Positions 1-9,025 of a stretch of DNA of 64,000 nt are shown here, in pieces (position 1 is the first letter of the stretch; each line of letters opens with the position of its first letter). Source of the stretch: an uncultured Gammaproteobacteria bacterium (GTDB taxonomy: Bacteria > Patescibacteriota > Microgenomatia > Levybacterales > UBA12049). The stretch spans positions 249,316 to 313,315 of the forward strand of contig OZ246394.1 in NCBI GenBank assembly GCA_965230895.1, in the 5' to 3' direction. Position numbers and translations under genes: made by a program. The notes beneath the pieces were generated by a model. That model was not told the origin of the DNA. It ran no database searches and saw only the letters and a list, made by a program, of their open reading frames with translations.

Positions 1-1430
1 AGATCCTTATTGGTTCGTTCAAAGACATTTGCGATTTCGAAGAGTTTGATATTTTCATGGTCTTGATTGTCTTTGACAACTTTCATCATCCCAGGAATTA
101 AAGTCTTTCTCATGTGGACGAATTCTTCAGTTAACGGATTATGAATCGTCACAGCATCAGTTTCTGTTCCTGTTAATAATTCTTTGGAGACCATTGGATA
201 TGTATAGACTTCAGTAAATCCCCAATACTTCAACGTATCTTTGATGCGATCTTCCCAATAGAATTGGTTTTTATCGACGTGGACGTAATCACTTTGGATT
301 GCTGGGGGCAATTGCCCTGGGATATTGTGGTAGCCATAGACACGCGCAATCTCTTCAATGATGTCTTCCTCTATTTGCATATCATCACCGGTCTTCTTGG
401 GCGGTACAGTGACCTCTAGAGTAGAATCCTTTTGCTTCACACTGAATCCAAGTTTGGTCAGAATTTCAATTGATTGTTTCAAAGGAATTGTGACACCGAC
501 GACTCGATTAATTTTTTCTTCTGAAATAGTGATTTTGGTCTCTTTTGGTTTGTCTGGATAAACATCAATAATGTTTGAAACGATCTTTCCCCCGGCTAAC
601 TTTTCAAACAATTTGATTCCAGCAGCAAATGCATCATCAATGTATTCTGGATTGATTCCTTTTTCATTGAGAACTGCTGCTTCGGTACGGATGCCGTATT
701 CCATTGATGCTTTTCTAATGCGAGTTGGTTCGACTGCTTCGATGAAGAACAGAATTCGTTTTGTTTCTTTGGTCACCACACTATTTGCTGTTCCCATCAA
801 TCCGAGCAAATCAACGATCTCGCCTTTGCCATTGTCTGCGACGAGATCTCCGCCTGAAAGTGTATATGTCTTATCATCAAGCGTGGTAACTTTCTCACCT
901 TTTTTAGATTCCCGGACGATGAGTGTGTGATTTTCCAATCGATCATAATCAAAGACATGGGTTGGGTGACCTGTTTCACGCATAACATAGTTAGTTATGT
1001 CGATGACATTGTTCAAGCTTCGGATGCCTGATGCTTCTAAACGATCTTTGATAACTTGAGGAGAATCTTTAATGCTTACTTCCATGATGACTGCACAGAT
1101 TCGATGCACGAGCTTTGGATCGTTTTTGATGATCATTTCCAAATCGTTTTTGATTTTGACTTTTGGTACTTCGAACTTTGGATCGACGAATGTCGCTTTG
1201 ATGCCATTTTGCGGCAAAACGGTTGCGGCTTCACGTGCCAAACCGATCACTGACATAAGATCTGGTCGGTTGGTTGTGACTTCGATGTCATAGACGAAAT
1301 CGTTCTTCCCAAACTTTTCGATGTGCTCGACGCCGACGCTTGTGAGCGAGAGGAGTTCTCCGATCTTTTGCGGCGTTGCTGATGTCTTTACATGTTCTCG
1401 TAACCACGAGTCTAAGATTTTTATGTTCAT
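1..1430 (-). CDS. pheT: phenylalanine--tRNA ligase beta subunit, N-terminal ~476 codons (gene continues past window start)
   Basis: Minus-strand frame opens with ATG (rc of 1428-1430, MNIKILDSWLREHV...) and runs without a stop to position 1. It contains ...TIHNPLTEEFVHMRKTLIPGMMKVVKDNQDHENIKLFEIANVF..., typical of PheT. It lies directly downstream of pheS. It is absent from the ORF track because it runs off the window edge. Confidence 0.85.
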   Translation of the reverse strand, partial: MNIKILDSWLREHVKTSATPQKIGELLSLTSVGVEHIEKFGKNDFVYDIEVTTNRPDLMSVIGLAREAATVLPQNGIKATFVDPKFEVPKVKIKNDLEMIIKNDPKLVHRICAVIMEVSIKDSPQVIKDRLEASGIRSLNNVIDITNYVMRETGHPTHVFDYDRLENHTLIVRESKKGEKVTTLDDKTYTLSGGDLVADNGKGEIVDLLGLMGTANSVVTKETKRILFFIEAVEPTRIRKASMEYGIRTEAAVLNEKGINPEYIDDAFAAGIKLFEKLAGGKIVSNIIDVYPDKPKETKITISEEKINRVVGVTIPLKQSIEILTKLGFSVKQKDSTLEVTVPPKKTGDDMQIEEDIIEEIARVYGYHNIPGQLPPAIQSDYVHVDKNQFYWEDRIKDTLKYWGFTEVYTYPMVSKELLTGTETDAVTIHNPLTEEFVHMRKTLIPGMMKVVKDNQDHENIKLFEIANVFERTNKD

Positions 1431-1534
1431 ATCTCTATGGAAGGGGTCCTGTCTCGCAACATCCCAATCCGATGTCCTCGCTTTGCTGCGGGCACTCGAT
1501 TGGGAGCCCTATGCGAGCCACCCCAGTTGTGATT

Positions 1535-2584
1535 TTAAAATTGTTTCAAGAAATCTAGATCGTTTGCGTAGAGTGTACGCAAGTCATCGATCTGAATTCC
1601 TTCTTTCATCATGAGTACACGCTCGACTCCCCAACCGGATGCAAATCCTGTATATTTCTTTGGATCGATGCCGCCGGCTTTTAAGACATTTGGATGAACC
1701 ATACCTGCGCCACCGAGTTCAAGCCAACCTTCTTTGCACAGTCTGCATTTTTCTTTCCCGACTCTGCCTGTCCCTTTACAGACTCCACATGATACATCGG
1801 TCTCAAATGATGGTTCAGTGAATCGGAAGTTGTATGGGCGGATGCGGGATTTTCGATTCTCGCCGAAATAGGATTTAACGAAATAATCCAAAACTCCCTT
1901 CAAGTGAGCGATTGAGATATTTTCTCCGACGACCAAGGTTTCAAACTGATGGAATGCTGGTGTGTGACTGACATCAATTTGTCTTCGATAGACTTTGGCG
2001 ATGTTTAGCATCTTAAATGGTGGCTTCACTTTCTCCATATGCTGGACTTGTCCGGTTGAAGTATGGACATTGAGCATCATTCGGCCTTTTTGGTGATGTG
2101 GTGGCTCGGCGATGTAAAAGGTTTCTAAGTCATCTCTTGCAGGATGATTTTGTGGGAAGTTTAACGCAGTGAAGTTATACCAATCCCAACTGATTTCAGG
2201 ATATCGTTCTCGAGTGAATCCGATACTTTCAAAGATTGTGGTAATTTCGCGAATTGCCTGAGTAACCAAGTGAAGATGTCCGAGTTCTGGGCGTTTGCCT
2301 GGTTCTGTGACATCAAGTTTTGGGCGGTTGGTAACTTTAATGTCTTTTAATTCTTTTTGCTTGTTCTTGATGGTATCTTCAATGATTCCTTTTACTTCGT
2401 TTACAACTCTTCCTGCTTCTGGTTTTTCAACTGCTGGGATTGTTTTCATCTCTTTCATTGCTTCAGTTAATGTCCCATTGCGACCAAGGAATTGAAGCCT
2501 GAGTTCTTCAAGTTCTGGAAGAGATTTTGCATCGATGATGAGGGAAAGTGCAGTGTTTTTAATTTGTAATAATTTTTCTTTCAT
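1535..2584 (-). CDS. pheS: phenylalanine--tRNA ligase alpha subunit
   Basis: 349 aa. Class II aaRS core motifs (FRFTEPSFE..., GWGVERV) and a PheS-like N-terminal coiled coil. Carries a Cys-rich insertion CGVCKGTGRVGKEKCRLC. Followed by pheT. Confidence 0.9.
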   Translation of the reverse strand: MKEKLLQIKNTALSLIIDAKSLPELEELRLQFLGRNGTLTEAMKEMKTIPAVEKPEAGRVVNEVKGIIEDTIKNKQKELKDIKVTNRPKLDVTEPGKRPELGHLHLVTQAIREITTIFESIGFTRERYPEISWDWYNFTALNFPQNHPARDDLETFYIAEPPHHQKGRMMLNVHTSTGQVQHMEKVKPPFKMLNIAKVYRRQIDVSHTPAFHQFETLVVGENISIAHLKGVLDYFVKSYFGENRKSRIRPYNFRFTEPSFETDVSCGVCKGTGRVGKEKCRLCKEGWLELGGAGMVHPNVLKAGGIDPKKYTGFASGWGVERVLMMKEGIQIDDLRTLYANDLDFLKQF

Positions 2585-2646
2585 TTTTGATTTCTTTATT
2601 ATAACGCAAGATTATTATTTCGTCAGCTTTTTGGACCTCACCCAGA

Positions 2647-2700
2647 CCCTCTCCTAAGAGGAGAGGGATTTAATTAGTTCCTTCTCCTATTAGGAGAAGG
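2647..2700 (-). terminator. tandem near-identical 9-bp-stem hairpins (ccctctcct-aag-aggagaggg and ccttctcct-att-aggagaagg) between the prephenate dehydratase stop and pheS
   Basis: Perfect inverted repeats at 2647-2667 and 2680-2700; the second abuts the TAA of the upstream gene. Arms are CU-rich/AG-rich (anti-SD/SD-like) and could cross-pair. No clean U-tract, so an attenuator role is as likely as simple termination. Confidence 0.45.
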
Positions 2701-3297
2701 TTAGGATGAGGTCTCGGTACTTTTCACCAACAAGAATGTTGTGTAATTGTTCTGATTGTCTTGGAGACCGTTTTCAATAAGTTTTAAACCATATACTTGT
2801 GCCAGCACAGCGCTCCCCATGACTGCTACATTTGCGGGTATAGTCTTTTGAGAGAGTTGCTCTGCCACTTTTGCATGATCGATGAGTTCTCCTTCACCGA
2901 CCACTTGCTTGAGTTTTGGATACTTTTGTTTTAATGTTTCTGAGCATTGTTTAAAGACTTGTGGATGAGCCATGATCGTATCAATATCTTCGATTTGACT
3001 GTCTTTCCGGATCATTAGTGCATGTTCGATTTTCAATTGATAATCAGTTACAAGTTCATAATTGTACTTCCCCATCGCTCTGATACTTTCATGGACAATG
3101 CCTCCAAGTGAATTGTGAATCGCAAACTGTCCTTGGTCGATTTCATTTTCATTAAGTGCCTTAAGGACATGTTCTGTGGTGTATAAGTATTTGAGAGCTG
3201 TATTTGGAACATTGTTGTGCTGCAAATACATAAGTACCGCTTCTTCATTGAAGCTTCCTCTTCCTCCTTGAATACCGATTGTTAATTGTTTTTTCAT
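2701..3297 (-). CDS. prephenate dehydratase (PDT domain only, no ACT domain)
   Basis: 198 aa. N-terminal IGIQGGRGSFNEEA resembles the PDT start (xAYLGPxGTFS), and C-terminal ...NYTTFLLV matches the TRF motif region. Sits between an aminotransferase and chorismate mutase. Confidence 0.6.
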   Translation of the reverse strand: MKKQLTIGIQGGRGSFNEEAVLMYLQHNNVPNTALKYLYTTEHVLKALNENEIDQGQFAIHNSLGGIVHESIRAMGKYNYELVTDYQLKIEHALMIRKDSQIEDIDTIMAHPQVFKQCSETLKQKYPKLKQVVGEGELIDHAKVAEQLSQKTIPANVAVMGSAVLAQVYGLKLIENGLQDNQNNYTTFLLVKSTETSS

Positions 3298-3354
3298 AAT
3301 TGTTTTCCCTGAGCAAACGAAGTGCGTCGAAGGGTTTTAAGACTTCGACTTCGC

Positions 3355-4506
3355 TCAGTCAAAATATTGATCAATCTTATCAATATTGACGCAGATACTG
3401 ACTCGGACAAAACGTTTTCCATTTTCTCCAAATGCTGTTCCTGGAGTTACCAGGATTTGTTTCTCGTTAAGGAGCTTCATGGCATAGGATTCTGCATCTG
3501 TTTCACTATCAGGAATCTTTGCCCAGATATAAAGACTAGCTTTTGGCAATGTGAACGTGAGTCCTAGTTTTTCCAAATAGTTCGCGATAATATCTCGTCG
3601 TGCTTTATAACTTTGGATCATTGCCTTTTGCCATTCTTCATCCGGGTGATTCAAGATATATGCTCCCAATTGTTGCAATGGCCTTGCGATACCGGAATCC
3701 ATTTGCGATTTTACTTTTGCAAAGATTGCGATGATGTCTTTATTGCCTACGACCCAGCCAAGTCTGTAGCCTGCAAGAGAAGATGATTTGGAGAATGAAT
3801 TGATTTCAATGGCGACATCTTTTGCTTCTGGAATTTGTAAAATGCTTGGTGCGACATACCCGTCAAATGTTATCTCAGAATAAGCATTGTCATAAACGAT
3901 AAAGACATTATGTTCTTTTGCAAAATCTACAAGTTGTGCTAAATCTTCCATTGAAGCGATTTGACCCAATGGGTTCGATGGGAAGTTGACCCAGATGAAT
4001 TTCGTTCGATCGGTTACTTTGGATTTGATGTCTTCGATGTTGAGTTTGTACTCATCGGCTTCATCCAAGGTATAGAAGATAGCTTTTGCTCCGATCATGA
4101 TCGCGGGGCCCGCAAAGCCTTGATATCCTGGATCCGGGATCATGACCTCATCTCCTTCGTTGAGAAATGCCAATGGTAAAAGTGAAATTACCTGCTTCTC
4201 TCCAACTGAGGAATATACTTCGTCTGGCTCGAGATCTACTCCAAACCGTTTTTTATGCCATGCAATCAATGCGTCACGGAATTCTGGAAGTGGTCCATAC
4301 CCAGGATACATATGCGCATTGGATGCATTAATGAATTCTTCAAGTTTCGCAACATATTTTGCACTCGGTGGGACATCGGGAGATCCTGCCCCAAAGTTCA
4401 ATACTTTTTTCCCGGTTTCTTTCTCAACCCGAGCGACTTCTCTATTGAGTCGTGAGAAAATATATTCCGGGAAATGATTAATTCTGTTTGCTGGTGTTAT
4501 GTTCAT
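3355..4506 (-). CDS. class I/II PLP-dependent aminotransferase (aromatic/aspartate/LL-DAP aminotransferase-like)
   Basis: 383 aa. SFSKSSSLAGYRLGW contains the PLP-lysine motif (SxSKxxxxxGxRxG); the length is typical of fold-type I aminotransferases. Confidence 0.8.
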   Translation of the reverse strand: MNITPANRINHFPEYIFSRLNREVARVEKETGKKVLNFGAGSPDVPPSAKYVAKLEEFINASNAHMYPGYGPLPEFRDALIAWHKKRFGVDLEPDEVYSSVGEKQVISLLPLAFLNEGDEVMIPDPGYQGFAGPAIMIGAKAIFYTLDEADEYKLNIEDIKSKVTDRTKFIWVNFPSNPLGQIASMEDLAQLVDFAKEHNVFIVYDNAYSEITFDGYVAPSILQIPEAKDVAIEINSFSKSSSLAGYRLGWVVGNKDIIAIFAKVKSQMDSGIARPLQQLGAYILNHPDEEWQKAMIQSYKARRDIIANYLEKLGLTFTLPKASLYIWAKIPDSETDAESYAMKLLNEKQILVTPGTAFGENGKRFVRVSICVNIDKIDQYFD

Positions 4507-4513
4507 AGCTCTT

Positions 4514-4804
4514 TCATTTCGCCCTATCTTCTATTTCGAGTGCTTCCTTATGGATTCGTTCATAGATATCTTTGATGAGATCTTCGGACAATCCTTTCTC
4601 TCCTGCTAGTGCAATCTTCGATTGCAAAACTTGTTCCCACCGTTTTGGATCAAGTGGTGGCAAATTATTTTCTTTTTTTAATTTTCCGACGCGTTGTACT
4701 ACAGCCATTCTTTCTGCTAAAGCGTCAAGTATCTTGGCATCAGCTGCATCAATTTCAGCTCGTAATTGTTCAAGCGTATCGGTCATAGTTCTTTGCAACA
4801 TCAT
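4514..4804 (-). CDS. chorismate mutase (AroQ class, monofunctional)
   Basis: 96 aa. LEQLRAEIDAADAKILDALAERMAVVQRVGKLKKENNLPPLDPKRWEQVL matches the AroQ helix-bundle pattern (LRxxIDxIDxxIxxLLxxR...P..DPxRE). Confidence 0.75.
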   Translation of the reverse strand: MMLQRTMTDTLEQLRAEIDAADAKILDALAERMAVVQRVGKLKKENNLPPLDPKRWEQVLQSKIALAGEKGLSEDLIKDIYERIHKEALEIEDRAK

Positions 4805-4866
4805 TTATACTATCATGCCCAGCCGATGTAAATCAGCGAAATGAAAAAAGAGCTCATTGCAAAAAA

Positions 4867-5301
4867 TTACCAACCTCTTCTTCTGCTCATAGTTGTACCT
4901 GCAGTACTTTGTGGTCTATTAAGTATTCCACTTCGTCCTGACATTGTTGCTTGCCCCTTAAACTTCCTTGTAAGCGCTTGTGCATCGACTACTACTTCGA
5001 CTCCTGGAGTTAACTCTTTTACACCTGTACCTTGCTTATCAAGTGTAACTTGTAAAGTCTCTTTGCCTAATTGTGGAGCACGAACTTCGATATGAGAATT
5101 TTCATCTCCTGGATTAACATGTGTCGTGTCTACCATTACTCCTTCTGGAAGAATTGGAGACCTGTCGAAGCGTCTTCGCCATTGTGGTATATCAGTGACG
5201 CGGTCTTCCCAGACAACTTCTTGTCCATCTCTCGATTTGTATTGTACGGTTATTCCATCTGGACTAAATTGAGCTATTGAATCTGATCTTCGTTCTGTCA
5301 T
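4867..5301 (-). CDS. hypothetical protein (144 aa), first gene after the rplT terminator
   Basis: Strong SD (AAGGGGGTGA) 8 nt upstream of the ATG. Relatively GC-rich. No confident family; faint Hsp20-like features only. Confidence 0.5.
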   Translation of the reverse strand: MTERRSDSIAQFSPDGITVQYKSRDGQEVVWEDRVTDIPQWRRRFDRSPILPEGVMVDTTHVNPGDENSHIEVRAPQLGKETLQVTLDKQGTGVKELTPGVEVVVDAQALTRKFKGQATMSGRSGILNRPQSTAGTTMSRRRGW

Positions 5302-5322
5302 AAATAAATCACCCCCTTAACG

Positions 5323-5347
5323 CAAAAAACCTCCCTTGTGAGGAGGT
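5323..5347 (-). terminator. rho-independent terminator after rplT
   Basis: Minus strand reads acctcc-ucacaag-ggaggu followed by UUUUUUg, about 110 nt downstream of the rplT stop. Confidence 0.75.
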
Positions 5348-5456
5348 CTTGGTAATGATTTTACCTATTGTTAGTGCATTTTACGCAGCCAACAAACCTC
5401 CTTGAGGGGAAGTAAAGTAAAACCAAAAATAAGCTTTGTTGACAATTCGCATAGGA

Positions 5457-5810
5457 TTATTTTGCAGACTTTGCTGCTGTTACAACATGTTTCCATGCTG
5501 TTGGGTCTTCAACGATCAAGTTACTCAATGATTTTCGATCAAGAGCGATATTTGCTTTTTGAAGCATGTTGATAAATGTACTGTAGTTCAAACCTTCTTT
5601 TTTAACAGCTTCAGAGATACGTGTAATCCAAAGTGTTCGGAAATCCTGCTTTCGGATCTTTCGTCCGTTGTATGCGTATTGTCCAGCATGAAGTGCTGCT
5701 TCTCGAGCAACTTTAACTAATTTACTTTTTGTTCCACGATATCCCTTTGTCAAAGACAAAAGTTTATTGTGTTTTCTTCTTGATACTAATCCTCTTTTAA
5801 CTCTAGCCAT
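5457..5810 (-). CDS. rplT: 50S ribosomal protein L20
   Basis: 117 aa. MARVKRGLVSRRKHNKLLSLTKGYRG... is canonical L20. Confidence 0.95.
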   Translation of the reverse strand: MARVKRGLVSRRKHNKLLSLTKGYRGTKSKLVKVAREAALHAGQYAYNGRKIRKQDFRTLWITRISEAVKKEGLNYSTFINMLQKANIALDRKSLSNLIVEDPTAWKHVVTAAKSAK

Positions 5811-5816
5811 AATATT

Positions 5817-5893
5817 AATTGAGAGTTGAAAATTGAAAGTTGAAAGTTATTGAAAATTTTAATTCTCAATTCTCAACTCTGAATTCCCAATTC
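5817..5893 (-). promoter_or_regulatory. long imperfect stem-loop built from tandem heptad repeats in the rpmI-rplT spacer
   Basis: aattgagaGTTGAAAATTGAAAGTTGAAAGtt ... aATTCTCAATTCTCAactctgaatt: R-TTGAAA heptads on one arm, ATTCYCA heptads on the other, with about 20/23 complementarity. Confidence 0.4.
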
Positions 5894-6105
5894 TATCCTA
5901 ATGCCATCATTTGCTTAATTTTCTTTGCAAATTTACCTGTTAACTCTGCTGGTTCTTTCAATCTTCGTAGTCTTCTCTTTGATTTACCGATCTTCAAATG
6001 TCCACCAAATTGCTTACCGTGCATGACTTTACCAGTCTTTGTAACTTTAAATCGCTTTGTTACAGCGCTTTTTGTTTTCTTTTTTAGTTTCATTCCTTTT
6101 TTCAT
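5893..6105 (-). CDS. rpmI: 50S ribosomal protein L35
   Basis: 70 aa, very basic. MKKGMKLKKKTKSAVTKRFKVTKTGKVMHGK... is L35-like. Confidence 0.9.
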   Translation of the reverse strand: MKKGMKLKKKTKSAVTKRFKVTKTGKVMHGKQFGGHLKIGKSKRRLRRLKEPAELTGKFAKKIKQMMALG

Positions 6106-6107
6106 AA

Positions 6108-6704
6108 TTATTCTTTTGGTGCTTCAGTTTCTTCAGTCTGAGCTTCTCCTTCTTCTTTTACTTTCTTTCCTTTTTCAGGAGACATTAACGCTACCATCTG
6201 TCTTCCTTCAAACTTTGCTTCTCTGTCGACTTTTGAAATGTCACTCAACGAGTCAACGACTTTTTGAATAACTTCCCGTCCAAATTCAGATCGAGTGATT
6301 TGTCTTCCTCTGAACTTTACAACCAATCTAATCTTGTCTCCGTCTTCTAAGAATTCTCGTCCGCGTCTGATCATTACTTGCAGATCATTATCAGACATAA
6401 AAGGGCCAAGGCGAATTTCCTTGGTTTCAGAAGTTTTGGCTTTCTTCTTCTCTTCCTGTTTCTTCTTCGATTGTTGATATAGGAATTTGTTGTAGTCGAT
6501 TATTTTTGCAACTGGTGGCTTTGCCGTAGCTGCGATCTCAACTAAATCAAGTTCCTGTTCTTCAGCAAGTTTTAAAGCTTCATCTCTCGTCAAAACTCCA
6601 ACCTGTTTTCCTTCAGCATCCAACACACGAAGTTGTGATGCGAAGATCCGTCCGTTAATTCTGTATCGTTTCTCTTGCTGTTTGAATTTAGATCTTTTTT
6701 GCAA
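6108..6704 (-). CDS. infC: translation initiation factor IF-3
   Basis: 198 aa. INGRIFASQLRVLDAEGKQVGVLTRDEALKLAEEQELDLVEI... and a C-terminal domain with a Lys/Glu-rich tail. Overlaps the thrS 3' end by 17 nt. Confidence 0.9.
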   Translation of the reverse strand: MQKRSKFKQQEKRYRINGRIFASQLRVLDAEGKQVGVLTRDEALKLAEEQELDLVEIAATAKPPVAKIIDYNKFLYQQSKKKQEEKKKAKTSETKEIRLGPFMSDNDLQVMIRRGREFLEDGDKIRLVVKFRGRQITRSEFGREVIQKVVDSLSDISKVDREAKFEGRQMVALMSPEKGKKVKEEGEAQTEETEAPKE

Positions 6705-8451
6705 TGTTTTCTAGTAATACCTCAAGAAATGCGTCGGTCTTGATCGATCCAAGATCTTCCCCATCTCTTTTACGCACAGAAACTGCCGACTCGGCAATTT
6801 CTTTGTCCCCTATTATACCCATAAAAGGTACTTTTTGTAAAGTAGCGTCTCGTATTTTGGCTTGAAGCCGTTCTGAACGTGTATCAAGCTCTGCTCTGAT
6901 GCCTGCATTTTGAAGCTGTTCTATAACTTTTTGGCCAAATTCAATGTGCCGATCAGCAATTGGCAAAAGGACAACTTGCACCGGTGCAAGCCATGTTGGG
7001 AACTTTCCGCCATAGTGTTCTATCAAAACTCCGAGGAATCGTTCGAGTGATCCGTATACAGCTCTGTGGAATGCCACTGGCTGTACTTCTTTTCCTTGGT
7101 TATCGATATATTTAAGTCCGAAGTTCTTTGGTTGTTGGAAATCTAGCTGAATTGTTCCTGTTTGCCATTGTCTTCCCAACGAGTCTTTCATCAAGATGTC
7201 AATCTTTGGACCATAGAACGCTCCTTCACCCGCAACAGTTATATATGCTTTTCCTGAATCATCAAGCGCTTCTTTCAATGAAGATTCTGCAATATCCCAA
7301 TCTTTTTCTGATCCCATAAACTTCTCTCCACGGGTTCCAAAACGAAGGATATACTCTAAACCAAATGGTTCATACATTTCAGCAATCATTTTAAGCATTG
7401 AATCAAATTCTGATTTGATCTGATCAATCGTTATAAAAACATGCGCATCATCCTGGCGAAATTGTCTTGTACGGAATAATCCATTGAGCGTGCCAGATAG
7501 TTCAAACCGGTGAAGCATACTTGTCTCCGCAAGGCGCATTGGAAGTTCATGGTATGAACGAAGTTTGTGTTTGAATATCGTCATGGCATTTGGACAGTTC
7601 ATCGGTTTCATTCCAAAAACTTCAGGCCCTTCCAAGACTTCTTTTGATTCTCCTCGCAAATAACTCATCGGAGAAAGGAACATGTCATCTCTGTAGTGCT
7701 GCCAATGTCCGGATGTTTCAAATAATGTTTTCTTATTAATTTGCGGCGCCATGACCTCCAGATATCCATATTTGCGATACATTTGGCGGGTGAAATCATA
7801 CAATGTGTTATACAGGACGAAACCTTTTGGTAACCAATACGGCATACCTGGCGCAGATTCTTCAAAAATAAAAAGTTCTAATTCTTTCCCAAGCTTTTTA
7901 TGATCTCGTGCCTTTGCTTCCTCAAGCATTTGGAGATGATCATCAAGATCTTTTTGTGTAGGCCAAGCTGTCCCGTAAACACGAGTCAACATCTTATTCT
8001 TCTCATCGCCTCTCCAATATGCTCCTGCAAGTGAAAGTAATTTAAATGCACCGATGTCTTTTCGCGGATCTTCGCTATGACCGCCTCGGCAAAGATCTTC
8101 GAAGTATCCAGCTTTATAAAATGTTAATTTCTCTCCGCGTTCGACGATGCCATTAATGAGTTCAAGTTTATACGGATTATCTTTATACACTTCCCGAGCT
8201 TCTTTCTCTGTGACTTCTCGATGTGTGAATCCTTCCCAACCCTTTAACGTCTCAGCCATTTTCTTCTCAATCTTTGGCAGATCTGCATCAGAGATAGGTT
8301 TGGCGAAATCAAAATCGTAATAAAATCCATTGTCGATTGCCGGTCCGATGGTTAATTTGGTATCCGGATACAACCGAAGCACAGCCGCAGCCAAAAGATG
8401 CGCTGCTGAGTGTCGGAGCTCTTCAAGGTGTTTGGAGTTTTCATTGCCCAT
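6688..8451 (-). CDS. thrS: threonine--tRNA ligase
   Basis: 587 aa. Editing-domain HxxxH/CxxxH-type segment (HSAAHLLAAAV), class II core, C-terminal anticodon-binding domain. Somewhat short at the N-terminus. Confidence 0.9.
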   Translation of the reverse strand: MGNENSKHLEELRHSAAHLLAAAVLRLYPDTKLTIGPAIDNGFYYDFDFAKPISDADLPKIEKKMAETLKGWEGFTHREVTEKEAREVYKDNPYKLELINGIVERGEKLTFYKAGYFEDLCRGGHSEDPRKDIGAFKLLSLAGAYWRGDEKNKMLTRVYGTAWPTQKDLDDHLQMLEEAKARDHKKLGKELELFIFEESAPGMPYWLPKGFVLYNTLYDFTRQMYRKYGYLEVMAPQINKKTLFETSGHWQHYRDDMFLSPMSYLRGESKEVLEGPEVFGMKPMNCPNAMTIFKHKLRSYHELPMRLAETSMLHRFELSGTLNGLFRTRQFRQDDAHVFITIDQIKSEFDSMLKMIAEMYEPFGLEYILRFGTRGEKFMGSEKDWDIAESSLKEALDDSGKAYITVAGEGAFYGPKIDILMKDSLGRQWQTGTIQLDFQQPKNFGLKYIDNQGKEVQPVAFHRAVYGSLERFLGVLIEHYGGKFPTWLAPVQVVLLPIADRHIEFGQKVIEQLQNAGIRAELDTRSERLQAKIRDATLQKVPFMGIIGDKEIAESAVSVRKRDGEDLGSIKTDAFLEVLLENIAKKI

Positions 8452-8519
8452 GTAGGCATTATAGTAAAAAAAGTATTCTTTATAAAGAGGAGAGAATATA
8501 TTATTAAGGTTAATTTTTT

Positions 8520-9012
8520 AGAAACTTCTTTAATGAAAGTGCTTCAGTAACTGAAACGTGATTAAATTCTTTTGTAACACTGTCAACCATACCTTTCCAT
8601 TTTATTATTGTGTATTGATAATAGTTCTTTCTTAAAATAACATCACTATAATGAACCTCTACTATCATATAGTGTTCTGATAGATTTTTATTTTTACTAT
8701 TCCATGGAGTTTCAAATGTTGGGTATATAGATATTCCCTTAGCTATCTCAGTTGGAGTTACTATTTGACTGGAAAATTTAGGTATGAAGTTCTTGTCTAT
8801 TATTTGGATCTTAGTTTCTAAATTTTTTAAAGGCCTTACTCCAACATTCGTTAAAGTAATAAAACAGCTTATGGGTCCTAAATTTTTACTAAAATATCCG
8901 ATATTAAATCCTTCAAAACCAATATATGGTCTATTGCCAAATATCGTAAGATAAATAGTCCAAGCGTAGCAACTGAAGAAATAGCTGCTAAGAGCACAGT
9001 TAAAAATTCATA
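8520..9012 (-). pseudogene. frameshifted small secreted/membrane protein gene (two consecutive frames)
   Basis: ATG at rc 9012 gives MNEYEFLTVLLAAISSVATLGLFILRYLAI... (signal/TM) ending after 47 codons. An overlapping shifted frame has no ATG/GTG/TTG start, continues about 165 codons (...GPISCFITLTNVGVRPLKNLETKIQIIDKNF...KKFLKN*) and ends about 8521. Neither piece is in the ORF track as a gene over 60 aa with its own start. Confidence 0.3.
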
Positions 9013-9025
9013 TTCATTCATGTTA

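Noticed and set aside
5840-6271. 143-aa plus-strand ORF (leucine-rich)
   Set aside because: Antisense to rpmI/infC and low-complexity; a shadow ORF.
8452-8520. T-box or other leader upstream of thrS
   Set aside because: Only about 70 nt of AT-rich spacer, with no T-box consensus or specifier-loop architecture.
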